NCBI RefSeq assembly: GCF_000175255.2
Contig: NC_017262.1
Span: forward strand, 1,590,001 to 1,622,000
Direction of reading: 5' to 3'
Source of the DNA: Zymomonas mobilis subsp. mobilis ATCC 10988
Lineage (GTDB): Bacteria; Pseudomonadota; Alphaproteobacteria; Sphingomonadales; Sphingomonadaceae
DNA: 32,000 nucleotides
Part shown: in pieces, positions 18,225 to 29,838 of the stretch
How the letters are laid out: each line of letters begins with the position of its first letter
Numbering within the stretch: the stretch's first letter is position 1
Translations under genes and position numbers: made by a program
Notes under the pieces: generated by a model
Told to the model about the DNA's origin: nothing
Seen by the model: only the letters and a program-made list of their open reading frames with translations
Database searches by the model: none

Positions 18225-19130
18225 ATGGAACGGATACTTAGAGAAAATCCGAATTTTGTCGCAGAACCGTTTCTGGGCGAGAAAGAACCTCATATCTCTT
18301 TTGAGTTCTTCCCGCCCAAAAATGAAGAAGCCGACAAGCTGTTGTGGCAATCTGTTGAACGTTTGGCACCGTTGAAACCGCGCTTCATGTCTGTAACCTA
18401 TGGGGCAGGCGGCTCTACCCGTGAAAGAACACGGGCAACGGTGACTCGAATTGCACGGGAAACGACGATTCCAGCGGTAGCGCATTTGACTTGTGTTAAT
18501 GCCAGCCGTGATGAAATTGACGATATCGCCCGGGATTATTGGGATGCAGGTATCCGTCATATTGTCGCATTACGGGGCGATCCGCCCGGGGGTGAGCGTT
18601 TTCAGGCACGCCCTGATGGTTATGCCAATGCGGTTGAATTGGTCGAAGGTCTGAAACGGATAGCGCCTTTTGAAATTTCGGTTGCCTGTTATCCCGAAAC
18701 CCATCCGCAAGCATTAAGCCCAGAAGCTGATATCGAGTTTTTGAAACGGAAATTCGATGCCGGAGCGACCAGAGCGATCAGTCAGTTTTTCCTTTCGGCG
18801 GATGTTTTCTTGCGCTTCCGTGATCGGGTCGCCGCCGCTGGTATTACGGCTGAAATTTTACCCGGTATTATGCCGACGTCCAATATTAGCGGGTTAAGGC
18901 GGATGGCCGATAGCTGTGGTATTGCGATACCCGAAAAACTTGGCCGTTTGATGGAAAGCCTTGATAAAGATGACCCGTCTGTCAAACAGATGGTGTCTAT
19001 GGCGGTAACCTCCGATTTATGCAGCCAGCTGGCAAGGGAAGGGGTGGATTCTTTCCATTTCTATACCATGAATCGGGCTGAAATTACCTCTGCCCTTTGT
19101 CGCCTTTTAGGCAGACAACCTGTGGCCTGA
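18225..19130 (+). CDS. metF: methylenetetrahydrofolate reductase
   Basis: ISFEFFPPKNEEA, FMSVTYGAGGSTRERT, ALRGDPPGG and TRAISQFFLSADVFLRFRDR. Confidence 0.96.
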   Translation: MERILRENPNFVAEPFLGEKEPHISFEFFPPKNEEADKLLWQSVERLAPLKPRFMSVTYGAGGSTRERTRATVTRIARETTIPAVAHLTCVNASRDEIDDIARDYWDAGIRHIVALRGDPPGGERFQARPDGYANAVELVEGLKRIAPFEISVACYPETHPQALSPEADIEFLKRKFDAGATRAISQFFLSADVFLRFRDRVAAAGITAEILPGIMPTSNISGLRRMADSCGIAIPEKLGRLMESLDKDDPSVKQMVSMAVTSDLCSQLAREGVDSFHFYTMNRAEITSALCRLLGRQPVA

Positions 19131-19198
19131 AAATAATGACAGCCGGAACAAGAACGGCTATCTAGCCGATGAAAAGCGGCTGAAAAGGAAAAGCGGTC

Positions 19199-20254
19199 AT
19201 GAAAAAGAGCATAGCAGCAGAACGTCTTCGGGAAGAGGCAAGCAAGCGTATCTTGCTGACAGATGGTGCTTTTGGCACAATGATTCAGCGCTATAATCTG
19301 GATGAGGCCGCCTATCGGGGCAAGTATGATCTGGGTCACGACCAAAAAGGGAATAATGACCTTTTGGTATTGACCCGTCCCGATGTTATTGATGCCATTA
19401 CCCGCGCTTATCTGGATGCGGGTTCTGATATGGTTTCGACCAATAGTTTCAACGCCAACAAGATCAGCCAGTCGGATTATAATGCCGAATCTCTGGTCAC
19501 TGATATGAACCGCCAAGCGGCGGCGATTGCCAGAAAGGCCGCTGATGAATATCAGGCAAAAGATGGTCGCCCCCGCTTTGTTGCCGGCGCTGTTGGCCCC
19601 ACCAATAAAACGCTTTCATTATCGCCGGATGTCAATGACCCAGGCTATCGTGCGATTGATTTCGATCACCTGAAAGAGGTCTATGCCCATCAAGTATCCG
19701 GCCTGATCGAAGGCGGTGCCGATTTTATCCTTATTGAGACTATTTTTGATACCCTGAATGCCAAGGCTGGTATCATGGCCGTACTTGAGGAAAGTCAGCG
19801 GTTACAGCGCGAAATCCCGATGATGATTTCGATGACTATCACCGATATGTCAGGACGCAATCTTTCGGGTCATTCTATCGAAGCCTTTTGGTATGCAGTG
19901 CGCCATGCCAAGCCATTGACGATTGGCCTCAACTGTTCTTTCGGGGCAGATAAATTGCGGTCGCATGTCAAAACGCTTTCCGCTTTGGCCGATACTTTGT
20001 TGATGGCTTATCCGAATGCAGGCTTGCCCAATGATTTAGGGCAATATGACGAAATGCCCGAAACTACGGGGCATTTTATCGAAGAATGGGCGCAATCCGG
20101 TATGGTCAATATTGTGGGCGGTTGTTGTGGCTCAACGCCTGAACATATTGCTGCCATGGCCAAAGCTGTGAAGGGCTATCCCCCCAGAAAATCGGCCAAA
20201 ATGGCACCGGCGATGCGTCTTGCCGGACTCGACCCGATGATTGTTCCGGCCTGA
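19199..20254 (+). CDS. metH: methionine synthase, homocysteine S-methyltransferase (N-terminal) subunit
   Basis: [36 protein letters not shown] and [19 protein letters not shown] (Zn-binding Cys pair). Confidence 0.93.
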   Translation: MKKSIAAERLREEASKRILLTDGAFGTMIQRYNLDEAAYRGKYDLGHDQKGNNDLLVLTRPDVIDAITRAYLDAGSDMVSTNSFNANKISQSDYNAESLVTDMNRQAAAIARKAADEYQAKDGRPRFVAGAVGPTNKTLSLSPDVNDPGYRAIDFDHLKEVYAHQVSGLIEGGADFILIETIFDTLNAKAGIMAVLEESQRLQREIPMMISMTITDMSGRNLSGHSIEAFWYAVRHAKPLTIGLNCSFGADKLRSHVKTLSALADTLLMAYPNAGLPNDLGQYDEMPETTGHFIEEWAQSGMVNIVGGCCGSTPEHIAAMAKAVKGYPPRKSAKMAPAMRLAGLDPMIVPA

Positions 20255-20316
20255 TCGGCCTAGACCGTCTTTTCCTGTTTTCTATTCCTGTTTTCTATTT
20301 TTCGGATCTTGTAACC

Positions 20317-22929
20317 GTGACAGAGCTTTCCACTGACAACAATAAAGCCGCTCGTTTTTTCAATATTGGTGAACGCACCAATGTGACCGGTTCTGCCCGT
20401 TTTAAAAAGCTGATTTTATCAGGGGATTATGCGACCGCTGTCGAAGTGGCGCGGCAGCAGGTTGAAAATGGCGCGCAGATTATTGACGTCAATATGGACG
20501 AAGGTCTGTTAGATGCCAAAGAGGCGATGGTTACTTTCCTTCGGCTGTTCATGGCTGAACCGGATATTGCCCGTTTGCCGATCATGGTCGACAGTTCCCG
20601 TTGGGAAGTCATCGAAGCCGGTCTGCAATGCGTTTCCGGCAAACCCATCATCAATTCAATCAGCATGAAAGAAGGGGAAGAACCCTTTTTAGCCCATGCC
20701 CGTGTGGCAATGGCCTATGGTGCGGCTGTTGTGGTGATGGCCTTTGATGAAAAAGGGCAGGCCGACAGCCGCGATCGCAAAATTGAAATCTGCAAAAGAG
20801 CCTATAACCTTTTAACAGGTATCGGTTTTCCGGCTGAAGATATTATCTTCGATCCCAATATTTTTGCTGTTGCTACCGGTATTGATGAACATCGCCGCTA
20901 TGCGATCGATTTTATCGAAGCCTGTCGCGAAATTCGGCGAATTTGCCCTCATACCCATATTTCGGGCGGGGTTTCCAACCTGTCCTTCTCCTTCCGAGGC
21001 AATGAGCCGGTTCGTCGAGCCATGCACAGCGTTTTTCTCTATCATACGGTGCAAGCCGGTATGGATATGGGGATTGTGAATGCCGGACAGCTTGATGTCT
21101 ATGACGTGATTGATCCGGTACTTCGCGAGGCCTGCGAAGATGTCATCTGGGATCGCCGCGAAGATGCCACCGAAAGACTGATTACCCTTGCCGAAAATTA
21201 TCGGCAGGATGGCAGCCAACCGGATAAGAAAACAGAAGAATGGCGCAGTTATGAAGTCCGCAAGCGGCTCGAATATGCGTTGGTTAAAGGCATTGATTCC
21301 CATATCATTGAAGATACGGAAGAAGCGCGTTTAGTCAGTGACCGTCCGATTGAGGTCATCGAAGGGCCTTTAATGGATGGCATGAATGTCGTTGGTGATC
21401 TGTTCGGTAGCGGGAAAATGTTCCTGCCACAGGTCGTAAAATCTGCCCGCGTCATGAAAAAAGCGGTGGCCTATTTGTTGCCTTATATCGAGGCGGCCAA
21501 AGATAAAAATGCCCGTGCCAAAGGGCGCATTATCATGGCGACCGTTAAAGGCGATGTTCATGATATCGGTAAAAATATTGTCGGTGTTGTGCTGCAATGT
21601 AACGGTTACGAAGTGATTGACCTTGGCGTTATGGTGCCTTGGGAAAAAATTATTGAAGCGATTAAAGAACATGATGCCGATATTGTCGGCCTTTCCGGTT
21701 TGATTACGCCTTCCTTGGATGAAATGGTAACGGCCGCTACCGAGATGGAGCGCGCCGGAATAAAAATTCCTCTGATGATTGGCGGGGCAACGACGTCCAA
21801 GGCGCATACGGCATTACGGATTGATCCGGTTTATTCGGGATGTGTTATTCATGTGCTGGATGCGTCCCGTTCGGTCGGGGTCGCTTCTGCCTTGTTATCG
21901 GATACCCAGCATGATCAATTCGTGAAGGATACGGCCGAAGCCTATCAAAAAATTCGTGAGGCCAGAAGCGGTAACAAGCAATCGAAATTATTGCCAATCG
22001 AACAAGCGCGCAAAAATGCTTTTGTTATTGATCCGGCCTTAAAACCGGCGGCACCGAAACAGCCGGGCATCCATCTGTTTAAAGAATGGGATTTAGCCGA
22101 ATTACGCGCCTATATTGATTGGACGCCCTTCTTTCGGGCATGGGAATTGGCTGGTAATTTTCCTGCTATTTTGGAAGATGAAATTGTCGGAGAGACAGCT
22201 ACTTCTCTCTATCAGGATGCGCAGGCCATGCTTGATCAACTGATCGAAGAAAAATGGCTAACGGCACAGGCCATTGTCGGATTATGGCCATGTCGCCGCC
22301 GTGGTGATGATATCTTGGTCAATGATAATGGCAAAGAAATCTGCCTTCCGATGTTGCGGCAACAAATGGAAAAACGTGCCGATCGGGCGAATATGTGTCT
22401 TGCTGATTTTATCACGGAAGAAGATGACTGGATCGGCGGTTTTGCTTTGACGACTGGCCACGGTATTGAAAGTCATCTGGCGCGTTTCCGTGCTGAAAAT
22501 GACGATTATCACGATATTTTATTAAAGGCTTTGGCGGATCGCTTTGCTGAGGCCTTGGCTGAAAGGCTCCATCAATATGTCAGAACGACGCTTTGGGGGT
22601 ATGCCGAGGAAGAAAATTGCGACAATCTCGCCCTGATACAGGAAAAATATAAAGGTATCCGGCCTGCGCCCGGTTATCCGGCCTGTCCCGATCACAGTTT
22701 AAAAACGATCCTTTTTGATATGCTGGATGTGACGCGGTCTATCAATGTCACTTTGACAGACAGCTTGGCTATGTGGCCAACGGCGGCTGTTTCGGGATTC
22801 TATTTCGGACATCCGCAATCCAGCTATTTCGGCGTTGCCCGTATCGGTGAAGATCAATTGGAAGATTATGCGGTTCGTCGTGGTGTTGAACTCGATATAG
22901 CGAGAAGGTGGTTGACACCGAACTTATAA
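20317..22929 (+). CDS. metH: cobalamin-dependent methionine synthase, C-terminal subunit (pterin-, B12- and SAM-activation domains)
   Basis: [20 protein letters not shown] (pterin domain); [28 protein letters not shown] (B12 DxHxxG); [14 protein letters not shown] (activation domain). GTG start. Confidence 0.95.
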   Translation: MTELSTDNNKAARFFNIGERTNVTGSARFKKLILSGDYATAVEVARQQVENGAQIIDVNMDEGLLDAKEAMVTFLRLFMAEPDIARLPIMVDSSRWEVIEAGLQCVSGKPIINSISMKEGEEPFLAHARVAMAYGAAVVVMAFDEKGQADSRDRKIEICKRAYNLLTGIGFPAEDIIFDPNIFAVATGIDEHRRYAIDFIEACREIRRICPHTHISGGVSNLSFSFRGNEPVRRAMHSVFLYHTVQAGMDMGIVNAGQLDVYDVIDPVLREACEDVIWDRREDATERLITLAENYRQDGSQPDKKTEEWRSYEVRKRLEYALVKGIDSHIIEDTEEARLVSDRPIEVIEGPLMDGMNVVGDLFGSGKMFLPQVVKSARVMKKAVAYLLPYIEAAKDKNARAKGRIIMATVKGDVHDIGKNIVGVVLQCNGYEVIDLGVMVPWEKIIEAIKEHDADIVGLSGLITPSLDEMVTAATEMERAGIKIPLMIGGATTSKAHTALRIDPVYSGCVIHVLDASRSVGVASALLSDTQHDQFVKDTAEAYQKIREARSGNKQSKLLPIEQARKNAFVIDPALKPAAPKQPGIHLFKEWDLAELRAYIDWTPFFRAWELAGNFPAILEDEIVGETATSLYQDAQAMLDQLIEEKWLTAQAIVGLWPCRRRGDDILVNDNGKEICLPMLRQQMEKRADRANMCLADFITEEDDWIGGFALTTGHGIESHLARFRAENDDYHDILLKALADRFAEALAERLHQYVRTTLWGYAEEENCDNLALIQEKYKGIRPAPGYPACPDHSLKTILFDMLDVTRSINVTLTDSLAMWPTAAVSGFYFGHPQSSYFGVARIGEDQLEDYAVRRGVELDIARRWLTPNL

Positions 22930-23154
22930 AAATTCAGATTACTTCTTGTAATTTTTATCACTGAACCGATTATAGATATCATCCGAAGAAGGCAATCGGC
23001 CGGTATTTTTGCCTTTGTTTTTCTTCGTGATCTTTCGGAATAAAGCATCTTTTGGCTGAAAATGGGGGCTTTCTCGCAAGAAATTCGATCATTTTTGAGT
23101 GATCGACTGGGATAATATCATTGCCTCGGCCGGATAAAAACTGAGGAGAGGCGC

Positions 23155-24063
23155 ATGCCTAAAAGGGGGCAGGATAATATTGATATTATGGGCGAAATGA
23201 TCGCGGGCGGTCATGCACCCAGCTTACCGGCAGGTATGCGTCTTTATGCGATCGGGGATATCCATGGTCGGAAAGACCGCTTTGATATCCTGCTCCGGCA
23301 AATCATCGAAGATAACAGTTTGCGCGGCTTGGCTGGACGGGAAGGCACGCATATCGTCCTTCTCGGTGATTATATTGATCGCGGTATGGATTCCAAAGGG
23401 ATGATTGACTTCTTCCTTCACCCTGAACCTTCGGGATTCCATTGGCATTTTGTCGGCGGTAATCATGAAACCGCTATGATCGAAATTTTCTCGGCTGCCC
23501 CGCGGAAAGTCTCACCGGAAAAATTGGCGGATTGGCTTTCCCGTTATGGTGGGCGGGAAACAATGATAAGCTATGGTATTCCAGCAGACGAGATAGATAA
23601 CGCGGCCGTCCAGCTTAAATCCAAGCATGTAACCTTGGAATTTGCTGATAAATTGCTGATGTCATGGCGTGCCAAGATTCCGCCTGCTCATTTTGAATTT
23701 TTATTTGCCTTGCCCGATAGCTTGCAATTCGGTGACTATTTCTTTGCCCATGCTGGTATCAAGCCAGGCATCGCAGTAGAAAAACAGAAAAGCGATGATC
23801 TCCGCCGTATCCGAGGCGAATTTTTAAAAGACGAACGCGATCATGGCGTTGTGGTCGTTCATGGCCATAGTATGAGATCAGAACCGGAAATTCGTCCCAA
23901 CCGTATTGGTATTGATACGGGTGCTTATACTTCTTCGGGGCGGTTGACGGCTGTTGGTCTTGAAGGGCGGTCGCGTTGGCTGTTAGCCTCTGGACAAGCG
24001 GGCGTTATCGGGGCAAATTCTTTAAAAGAAGGGCGTTTGCCCTTTATTCTCAAGGCTTTTTGA
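23155..24063 (+). CDS. calcineurin-like metallophosphoesterase / serine-threonine protein phosphatase family
   Basis: YAIGDIHGRKDRF, VLLGDYIDRGMDS, VGGNHETAM and VVVHGHSM motifs. The real start could be internal (MGEM or MRLY). Confidence 0.9.
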   Translation: MPKRGQDNIDIMGEMIAGGHAPSLPAGMRLYAIGDIHGRKDRFDILLRQIIEDNSLRGLAGREGTHIVLLGDYIDRGMDSKGMIDFFLHPEPSGFHWHFVGGNHETAMIEIFSAAPRKVSPEKLADWLSRYGGRETMISYGIPADEIDNAAVQLKSKHVTLEFADKLLMSWRAKIPPAHFEFLFALPDSLQFGDYFFAHAGIKPGIAVEKQKSDDLRRIRGEFLKDERDHGVVVVHGHSMRSEPEIRPNRIGIDTGAYTSSGRLTAVGLEGRSRWLLASGQAGVIGANSLKEGRLPFILKAF

Positions 24064-24168
24064 GGATAGCCTTGCTTTTCCTGCCAAGCGGCAAGAGGAA
24101 GATTTTATTCCGGCTGAAAATACGATAAAGGCTAACTTTCTTTTTGGCTCTCACCTGATGGGTAATCT

Positions 24169-25977
24169 GTGACTCCACTCGACCATATCCGCAATTTTTC
24201 GATTATTGCACATATTGATCACGGTAAATCAACATTAGCCGATCGTTTGATTCAGACAACTGGCGGCCTGACCGCTCGTGAAATGTCTGAACAAGTGCTC
24301 GATAACATGGATATCGAGAAGGAAAGGGGCATCACGATCAAGGCGCAAACAGTGCGGCTTGATTACACCGCCAAGGATGGGCAAAAATATGTCCTGAATT
24401 TGATGGACACGCCCGGCCATGTCGATTTTGCTTATGAGGTCAGTCGTTCTCTTGCCGCCTGTGAAGGGGCTTTGTTGGTGGTGGATGCGTCGCAAGGCGT
24501 TGAAGCGCAGACTTTGGCCAATGTCTATCAGTCGATCGAATATGATCACGAAATTGTGCCGGTCATCAATAAAATTGATTTGCCCGCCGCTGAACCTGAA
24601 AAGGTAAAGCAGGAAATAGAAGAAATCATCGGCTTGCCTGCTGATGATGCCGTTCTGGCCTCGGCAAAATCCGGTATCGGGATTGATGATATTCTGGAAG
24701 CCTTGGTAAAACGGATTCCGGCACCCAAAGGCGATATTAATGCCCCTTTAAAGGCAATGCTGGTTGATAGCTGGTATGATCCTTATCTGGGCGTGGTTAT
24801 TTTGGTTCGGATCATTGATGGCTCTTTGAAAAAAGGTCAGCAAATCCGCTTTATGCAGGCGGGAACAACCCATCTGATTGATCGGGTTGGCTGTTTCCGT
24901 CCTAAAATTGAAATATTGGATAGTCTGGGGCCGGGTGAAATCGGCTTTATCACCGCGCAAATCAAAGAGGTCAGCCAGACCGCCGTTGGTGATACTATCA
25001 CCGATGCCAAAAATCCGACTTCGACCCCGTTACCGGGCTTTAAGCAAGTCCAACCGGTGGTCTTCTGCGGGCTGTTTCCGGTGGATGCTGCCGATTTCGA
25101 CAAGTTAAAAGAATCCCTCGGAAAATTGCGGTTGAATGATGCCTCCTTCTCTTTCGAGGCTGAAAATTCGGCGGCTTTGGGTTTTGGTTTTCGTTGTGGT
25201 TTTCTGGGCTTGCTTCATCTTGAAATTATTCAAGAACGCTTGTCACGCGAATATGATCTTGATCTTATCACGACCGCACCCTCCGTTGTCTATCATTTGA
25301 ACATGACCCATGGGGAAGGCTCGATTGACCTTCACAACCCTGCGGATATGCCGGATGTTACCCGCATCGATTCCATTGACGAACCTTGGATTGAAGCGAC
25401 AATTTACGTTCCCGATCAGTATCTGGGGGCGGTTCTGAAACTGTGTCAGGATCGGCGCGGTATCCAGAAAGATATGACCTATGTCGGCGGACGGGTGCAG
25501 CTGCTTTACGAATTGCCGCTGAACGAAGTGGTTTTTGACTTCTATGACCGTTTAAAATCAATCAGCCGTGGCTATGCCAGCTTTGACTATCATCAGATCG
25601 GTTATCGTGAGGGTGATCTCGTCAAAATGACGATTATGGTCAATGGCGAAGTGGTGGATGCCCTTTCGATGATTGTGCACCGTCATGCAGCCGAAGGGCG
25701 TGGTCGCCAGATGTGCCAACGGATGAAAGATCTTATCCCGCGCCATCTGTTTAAAATCCCGATTCAGGCGGCCATTGGCGGCAAAGTCATTGCCCGTGAA
25801 ACCATTGGCGCCATGCGAAAAGATGTTACCGCCAAATGTTACGGGGGCGATATCTCTCGTAAAAAGAAACTTCTGGAAAAGCAGAAAGAAGGTAAAAAGC
25901 GGATGCGGCAATATGGTAGTGTTGATATCCCGCAAGAAGCCTTTATCGCCGCTTTACGCATGGGTGATGACAGTTAA
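24169..25977 (+). CDS. lepA: elongation factor 4 (back-translocating GTPase LepA)
   Basis: [40 protein letters not shown]; C-terminal [27 protein letters not shown]. Confidence 0.98.
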   Translation: MTPLDHIRNFSIIAHIDHGKSTLADRLIQTTGGLTAREMSEQVLDNMDIEKERGITIKAQTVRLDYTAKDGQKYVLNLMDTPGHVDFAYEVSRSLAACEGALLVVDASQGVEAQTLANVYQSIEYDHEIVPVINKIDLPAAEPEKVKQEIEEIIGLPADDAVLASAKSGIGIDDILEALVKRIPAPKGDINAPLKAMLVDSWYDPYLGVVILVRIIDGSLKKGQQIRFMQAGTTHLIDRVGCFRPKIEILDSLGPGEIGFITAQIKEVSQTAVGDTITDAKNPTSTPLPGFKQVQPVVFCGLFPVDAADFDKLKESLGKLRLNDASFSFEAENSAALGFGFRCGFLGLLHLEIIQERLSREYDLDLITTAPSVVYHLNMTHGEGSIDLHNPADMPDVTRIDSIDEPWIEATIYVPDQYLGAVLKLCQDRRGIQKDMTYVGGRVQLLYELPLNEVVFDFYDRLKSISRGYASFDYHQIGYREGDLVKMTIMVNGEVVDALSMIVHRHAAEGRGRQMCQRMKDLIPRHLFKIPIQAAIGGKVIARETIGAMRKDVTAKCYGGDISRKKKLLEKQKEGKKRMRQYGSVDIPQEAFIAALRMGDDS

Positions 25978-26029
25978 TTCTGTTATGGCCTTTCTCTCTG
26001 TTCAAAGTTCAATGCAAGGAATCTAATCT

Positions 26030-26302
26030 ATGACCGATACGCCTCCCGATCATCTTTCTGTTTTTCCTGACAGTGAATGGTTCAATGCCGATGCTTTAAG
26101 ACGCGGTGTTGGTATCCGTTTCAAAGGACAGGAACGGACGGATGTTGAAGAATATTCCATGTCCGAAGGCTGGGTTCGTGTCGCCGCCGGTCGGAGCCGT
26201 GACCGTTTCGGCCGTCCGATGACGATTAAATTAAAAGGCGAAGTCGAAGCCTTCTATCAGGATGCCGGTCAGCAGGCCGAAGCTGACGATAGTCAGGCCT
26301 AA
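26030..26302 (+). CDS. DUF3297 family protein
   Basis: 90 aa; SVFPDSEWFNADALRRGVGIRFKGQERTDVEEYSMSEGWVRV resembles the conserved small DUF3297 proteins. Confidence 0.7.
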   Translation: MTDTPPDHLSVFPDSEWFNADALRRGVGIRFKGQERTDVEEYSMSEGWVRVAAGRSRDRFGRPMTIKLKGEVEAFYQDAGQQAEADDSQA

Positions 26303-26393
26303 GAATAAGGAAAAAGACAACGTTTAAGACGCATTTTGACAAGCGGCTTTTTCTGGCCTGTCATGACGAGGACGCTCTTTTGATTGGGCATCC

Positions 26394-26418
26394 TATCCGT
26401 ATAAAATCTATACGGATA
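26394..26418 (+). other. perfect 10-bp inverted repeat in the histidine kinase leader
   Basis: tatccgtata-aaatc-tatacggata, 28 nt upstream of the ATG at 26447, without a T-tract. Confidence 0.55.
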
Positions 26419-26446
26419 ACCGCTTGCATTCAGGAGCCATAAGCTG

Positions 26447-27685
26447 ATGTTCGCCGGTTTCCCGCTTGTCGATTTGCGTTCTCAACCTTTTTTTGAAGAC
26501 AAAAATCGTGCCTTTTGGATGCTGCAATCTGTCGGCTGGACGGGATATTTTGTTTTAAGGGCTTTGGGCGGCCTCGCCAATTCGATGGGGCTGCTCTATA
26601 TTGTGCCAACGGCACTTGCGACCGTTACCGGCTATTCCATTACCTTATTGATGTCAGTTGCCTATCGTCGATTGATCCATGCCAAACCCTTGGTGACATG
26701 GAGCATTTCGATCTTTATTCTGGTTATGGCTTCGGCAATCTTTTCGATGATTGAAGTCTGGGCGCATGCGACCTTTTACCGATCGGTTTCGATGCCCGTC
26801 GGTATTGAATTTTTGGGCGCTATCCTGCTTGATTTCGCGCTTCTGATTGCATGGTCGGCGCTTTATTATGGCATCAATTATTATCTGATGCTTGAAAAGC
26901 ATATGGGGCGGATTCATCGTATCGAGGCACAGGCTTCCGCTGCTCAGCTTGCGATGCTGCGTTACCAGCTTAACCCCCATTTCCTATTTAATACCTTGAA
27001 TTCCATTTCGACCTTGGTGCTTTTGAAACAGACCAGTCGTGCGAATGCGATGCTTTCCCGATTATCTTCTTTCTTGCGCTATACTTTGGCAAATGAACCC
27101 ACAGCGATGGTGACGCTGGAACAAGAGGTTGAAACTCTTAAACTCTATCTTGAAATCGAAAAGATGCGGTTTGAAGATCGTCTTCGGCCACATTTCGAGA
27201 TTGATCCTGCGGTTGCGCATGTGCGCTTGCCGTCTTTATTGCTGCAACCTTTGATCGAAAATGCCATCAAATATGCGGTGACACCTTGTGAAAACGGGGC
27301 AGATATTTCGGTAACGGCGCGTTTTGAAAATGGCCATGTCCGAATAGATGTTGTGGATAGCGGCCCCGGTGCGGTCGAAGAAGAAGATTCGCTGGAAGAA
27401 ATTATTATCGAAGCAGAAGATTCATCCCCCATACAGCCGGATAAGAGCAATACCGCCCTTATACCGCATGAAAATCTGGAACCCGATACCCCAAAGCCGA
27501 TAGTAAACCCGAAAAAACACACTATGTCAGCTTCAACAGGTGTTGGTCTCCCTAATATTAGGGACAGGCTTTTTCAGACATACGGAACAGATCAAAGCTT
27601 TCAGACCTTTAACAGGCCAGAAGGTGGTTTCGCTGTCGTTATAGAAATACCTTACCAGACGGAAGATAAAGCAGTCAGGACGTAA
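26447..27685 (+). CDS. LytS/AlgZ-type sensor histidine kinase (His_kinase family) with N-terminal membrane domain
   Basis: LRYQLNPHFLFNTLNSISTLVL phosphoacceptor motif; LLLQPLIENAIKYAV (N box); DSGPG and GVGLPNIRDRL ATP-binding boxes. Confidence 0.93.
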   Translation: MFAGFPLVDLRSQPFFEDKNRAFWMLQSVGWTGYFVLRALGGLANSMGLLYIVPTALATVTGYSITLLMSVAYRRLIHAKPLVTWSISIFILVMASAIFSMIEVWAHATFYRSVSMPVGIEFLGAILLDFALLIAWSALYYGINYYLMLEKHMGRIHRIEAQASAAQLAMLRYQLNPHFLFNTLNSISTLVLLKQTSRANAMLSRLSSFLRYTLANEPTAMVTLEQEVETLKLYLEIEKMRFEDRLRPHFEIDPAVAHVRLPSLLLQPLIENAIKYAVTPCENGADISVTARFENGHVRIDVVDSGPGAVEEEDSLEEIIIEAEDSSPIQPDKSNTALIPHENLEPDTPKPIVNPKKHTMSASTGVGLPNIRDRLFQTYGTDQSFQTFNRPEGGFAVVIEIPYQTEDKAVRT

Positions 27686-27686
27686 T

Positions 27687-28487
27687 ATGGCTATTCGCAC
27701 CATTATTGTTGATGATGAACCACTTGCCATCCAAGGCTTACAGCTTAGGTTGGAAGAATATCCTGATATTCAGATCATCGAAACATGTCTTAATGGGCGG
27801 GAGGCTATTCGGGCGATTAAAACCCACAAACCTGATTTGGTCTTTTTGGATATCCAGATGCCGGGTTTTGACGGTTTTTCGGTGTTGCAAGGCATTATGG
27901 AAGTCGAACCGCCTTTGGTTGTCTTTGTAACCGCCTATATCGACCATGCCTTGCGGGCTTTTGAAGCCAATGCGGTCGATTATCTGATGAAGCCGGTTGA
28001 AACCGATCGTTTGGCCGATACCTTGGAGCGGGTCAGGGGACGCTTAAAAACACGCCGTGCCGCGGATGAAGCCAAAAGACTGAAAGAAGTCCTTGCCGAA
28101 GTCGCCCCTGATGCGGCTGAAAATCTGTCGGAAATCAATAGCTCACCGACTGCCAGCCGTTACGAAAAAATTATCAATATCAAGGATCGGGGACAGATCT
28201 TTCGAGTGGATGTCGATACCATCGAACGCATTGATGCCGCCGGTGATTATATGTGCATCAATACCGGCGATAACACGCTGATTCTACGAGAAACAATGAA
28301 AGACCTCGAACGTCGCCTTGATCCTCGTCGTTTCCAGCGGGTGCATCGTTCGACCATCGTTAATCTTGATCTGGTGCGACAAGTCCGTCCCCATACTAAT
28401 GGCGAATGTTTCCTGATTCTCCAATCCGGTGCCGAAGTCAAAGTAAGCCGTAGTTATCGCGAAGTCGTTGCCCGTTTCGTTTACTAG
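27687..28487 (+). CDS. LytTR-family response regulator
   Basis: IRTIIVDDEPLAIQGLQLRLEEYPDIQII receiver; C-terminal LytTR DNA-binding domain (RRFQRVHRSTIVNLDLVRQV). Starts 2 nt after the kinase stop. Confidence 0.94.
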   Translation: MAIRTIIVDDEPLAIQGLQLRLEEYPDIQIIETCLNGREAIRAIKTHKPDLVFLDIQMPGFDGFSVLQGIMEVEPPLVVFVTAYIDHALRAFEANAVDYLMKPVETDRLADTLERVRGRLKTRRAADEAKRLKEVLAEVAPDAAENLSEINSSPTASRYEKIINIKDRGQIFRVDVDTIERIDAAGDYMCINTGDNTLILRETMKDLERRLDPRRFQRVHRSTIVNLDLVRQVRPHTNGECFLILQSGAEVKVSRSYREVVARFVY

Positions 28488-28742
28488 ACAGTATCAACGC
28501 ATATTATTGTCACGCTTTTCAGGCTGTTCAATAGGCTAGCCTTATCTGACAGCTTCGGGCTTAAAGGGCAATTTTTCTGTCTTATTCTTAGAAATAGGCC
28601 AAAAATAAAGCGTATCACCTCGGGACAATATCATCCCTTGATTAAGCCGTTTATTTGCGGCTGGAGATAAAACAGACAAAATCATTCTATCAGATTACAA
28701 TCTGCTTTGATCTTCCCTGTCTTTGCGGTCAGATATCGAATT

Positions 28743-29828
28743 ATGCCTTTGAAAATCGCCTATATCATCAATTCAGTCGAAGGTGGGGGGGCAGCGTTAC
28801 CTGTGCCTTCTATCGCTGAAACCCTCCAAAAAGGGGGTGCAGAAATCCGTATTTTTGCCCTGACCCGCCGCAATGGAAAGGCTGTAGCCCCTATCCAACA
28901 AGCCGGCTTCGATGTGGTCATTCGCGAAGGGGGCGAAAAAGACCATATATCCGCCTATTTCTGGCTTAAAAAGCAGATTGAATCCTGGGGCGCGACCCAT
29001 ATTTGGACTTCGCTCACCCGTGCGACATTATTGGGTCAAATGGTCGGGCAACATTACCATTTACCCGTTATCAGCTGGCAGCATTCCGCCCGTCTTAAAA
29101 AGATAAATGCCTTTCTGCTACGTCGTTTTCAGCGTCGATCTGCCTTTTGGATTGGCGATTCTCAACAAGTCACAAAGCTCACCGGAGAGAAACTCAACAT
29201 TCCGAAAGAAAGGCTTTTCTGCTGGCCGATTTTCCGCGCCAATCCTGAAGCACCGTTAGCCAAGGCATGGCAATCTGGTGAGATATTGCGAATTGGCAGT
29301 TTAGGACGGCTTCATCCTTGCAAGGGCTATGATCTTCTGATCGAAACCTTAAAAACAGTAAAGGCCAAGAGTCAGATTCCTTTTACCGTGGATATTGGTG
29401 GGGAAGGGCAAGACGAAGCCAAATTATTGGCCATGATTGAAGAGGCTGGTTTACAAGAGACGGTGCGCTTGGTCGGTTATGTTGATAACCCTTCGGCCTT
29501 TTTGGCAAAGCTCCATCTTTATGTTCAGCCTTCCTATTGGGAAGGTTTTTGTGTCGCCGTCCATGAAGCGATTCAAGCTGCTTTACCTGTGATTGCTTCT
29601 TCAGTTGGGGAAATAGCTCATTCTGTAGAAGATCATAAGAGTGGTTTTCTTGTGCCGCCTGCTGACAAGGCTGCTTTGGAACAGGCTTTTCTTCAGGCCT
29701 TAGCGCGGCCTGAAAAACTATCTTCTATGGGCATGGCTGGCCGTCAAAGACTTTTGTCGGTTTTGAATCCTGATCAATTTGAAAAAACAGGTCTTGAGAT
29801 TCTCGCCGCTTTTACAAAATCTAGCTGA
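28743..29828 (+). CDS. glycosyltransferase family 4-like protein
   Basis: IAYIINSVEGGG; LGRLHPCKGYDLLIETL; VQPSYWEGFCVAVHEAIQAALPVIASSVGEIAHSVED. Start taken at MPLKIAYI (28743). Confidence 0.9.
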   Translation: MPLKIAYIINSVEGGGAALPVPSIAETLQKGGAEIRIFALTRRNGKAVAPIQQAGFDVVIREGGEKDHISAYFWLKKQIESWGATHIWTSLTRATLLGQMVGQHYHLPVISWQHSARLKKINAFLLRRFQRRSAFWIGDSQQVTKLTGEKLNIPKERLFCWPIFRANPEAPLAKAWQSGEILRIGSLGRLHPCKGYDLLIETLKTVKAKSQIPFTVDIGGEGQDEAKLLAMIEEAGLQETVRLVGYVDNPSAFLAKLHLYVQPSYWEGFCVAVHEAIQAALPVIASSVGEIAHSVEDHKSGFLVPPADKAALEQAFLQALARPEKLSSMGMAGRQRLLSVLNPDQFEKTGLEILAAFTKSS

Positions 29829-29838
29829 ATTGCTGATT

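Noticed and set aside
20812-21807. Minus-strand ORFs of 145 and 163 aa within metH
   Set aside because: They are antisense shadows of a highly conserved gene, with no family signature.
22930-23154. Possible structured RNA or small ORF (22866-23048 minus) between metH and the phosphoesterase gene
   Set aside because: The ORF overlaps metH and has no lipobox or family motif; no stable hairpin or tRNA-like fold was recognised.
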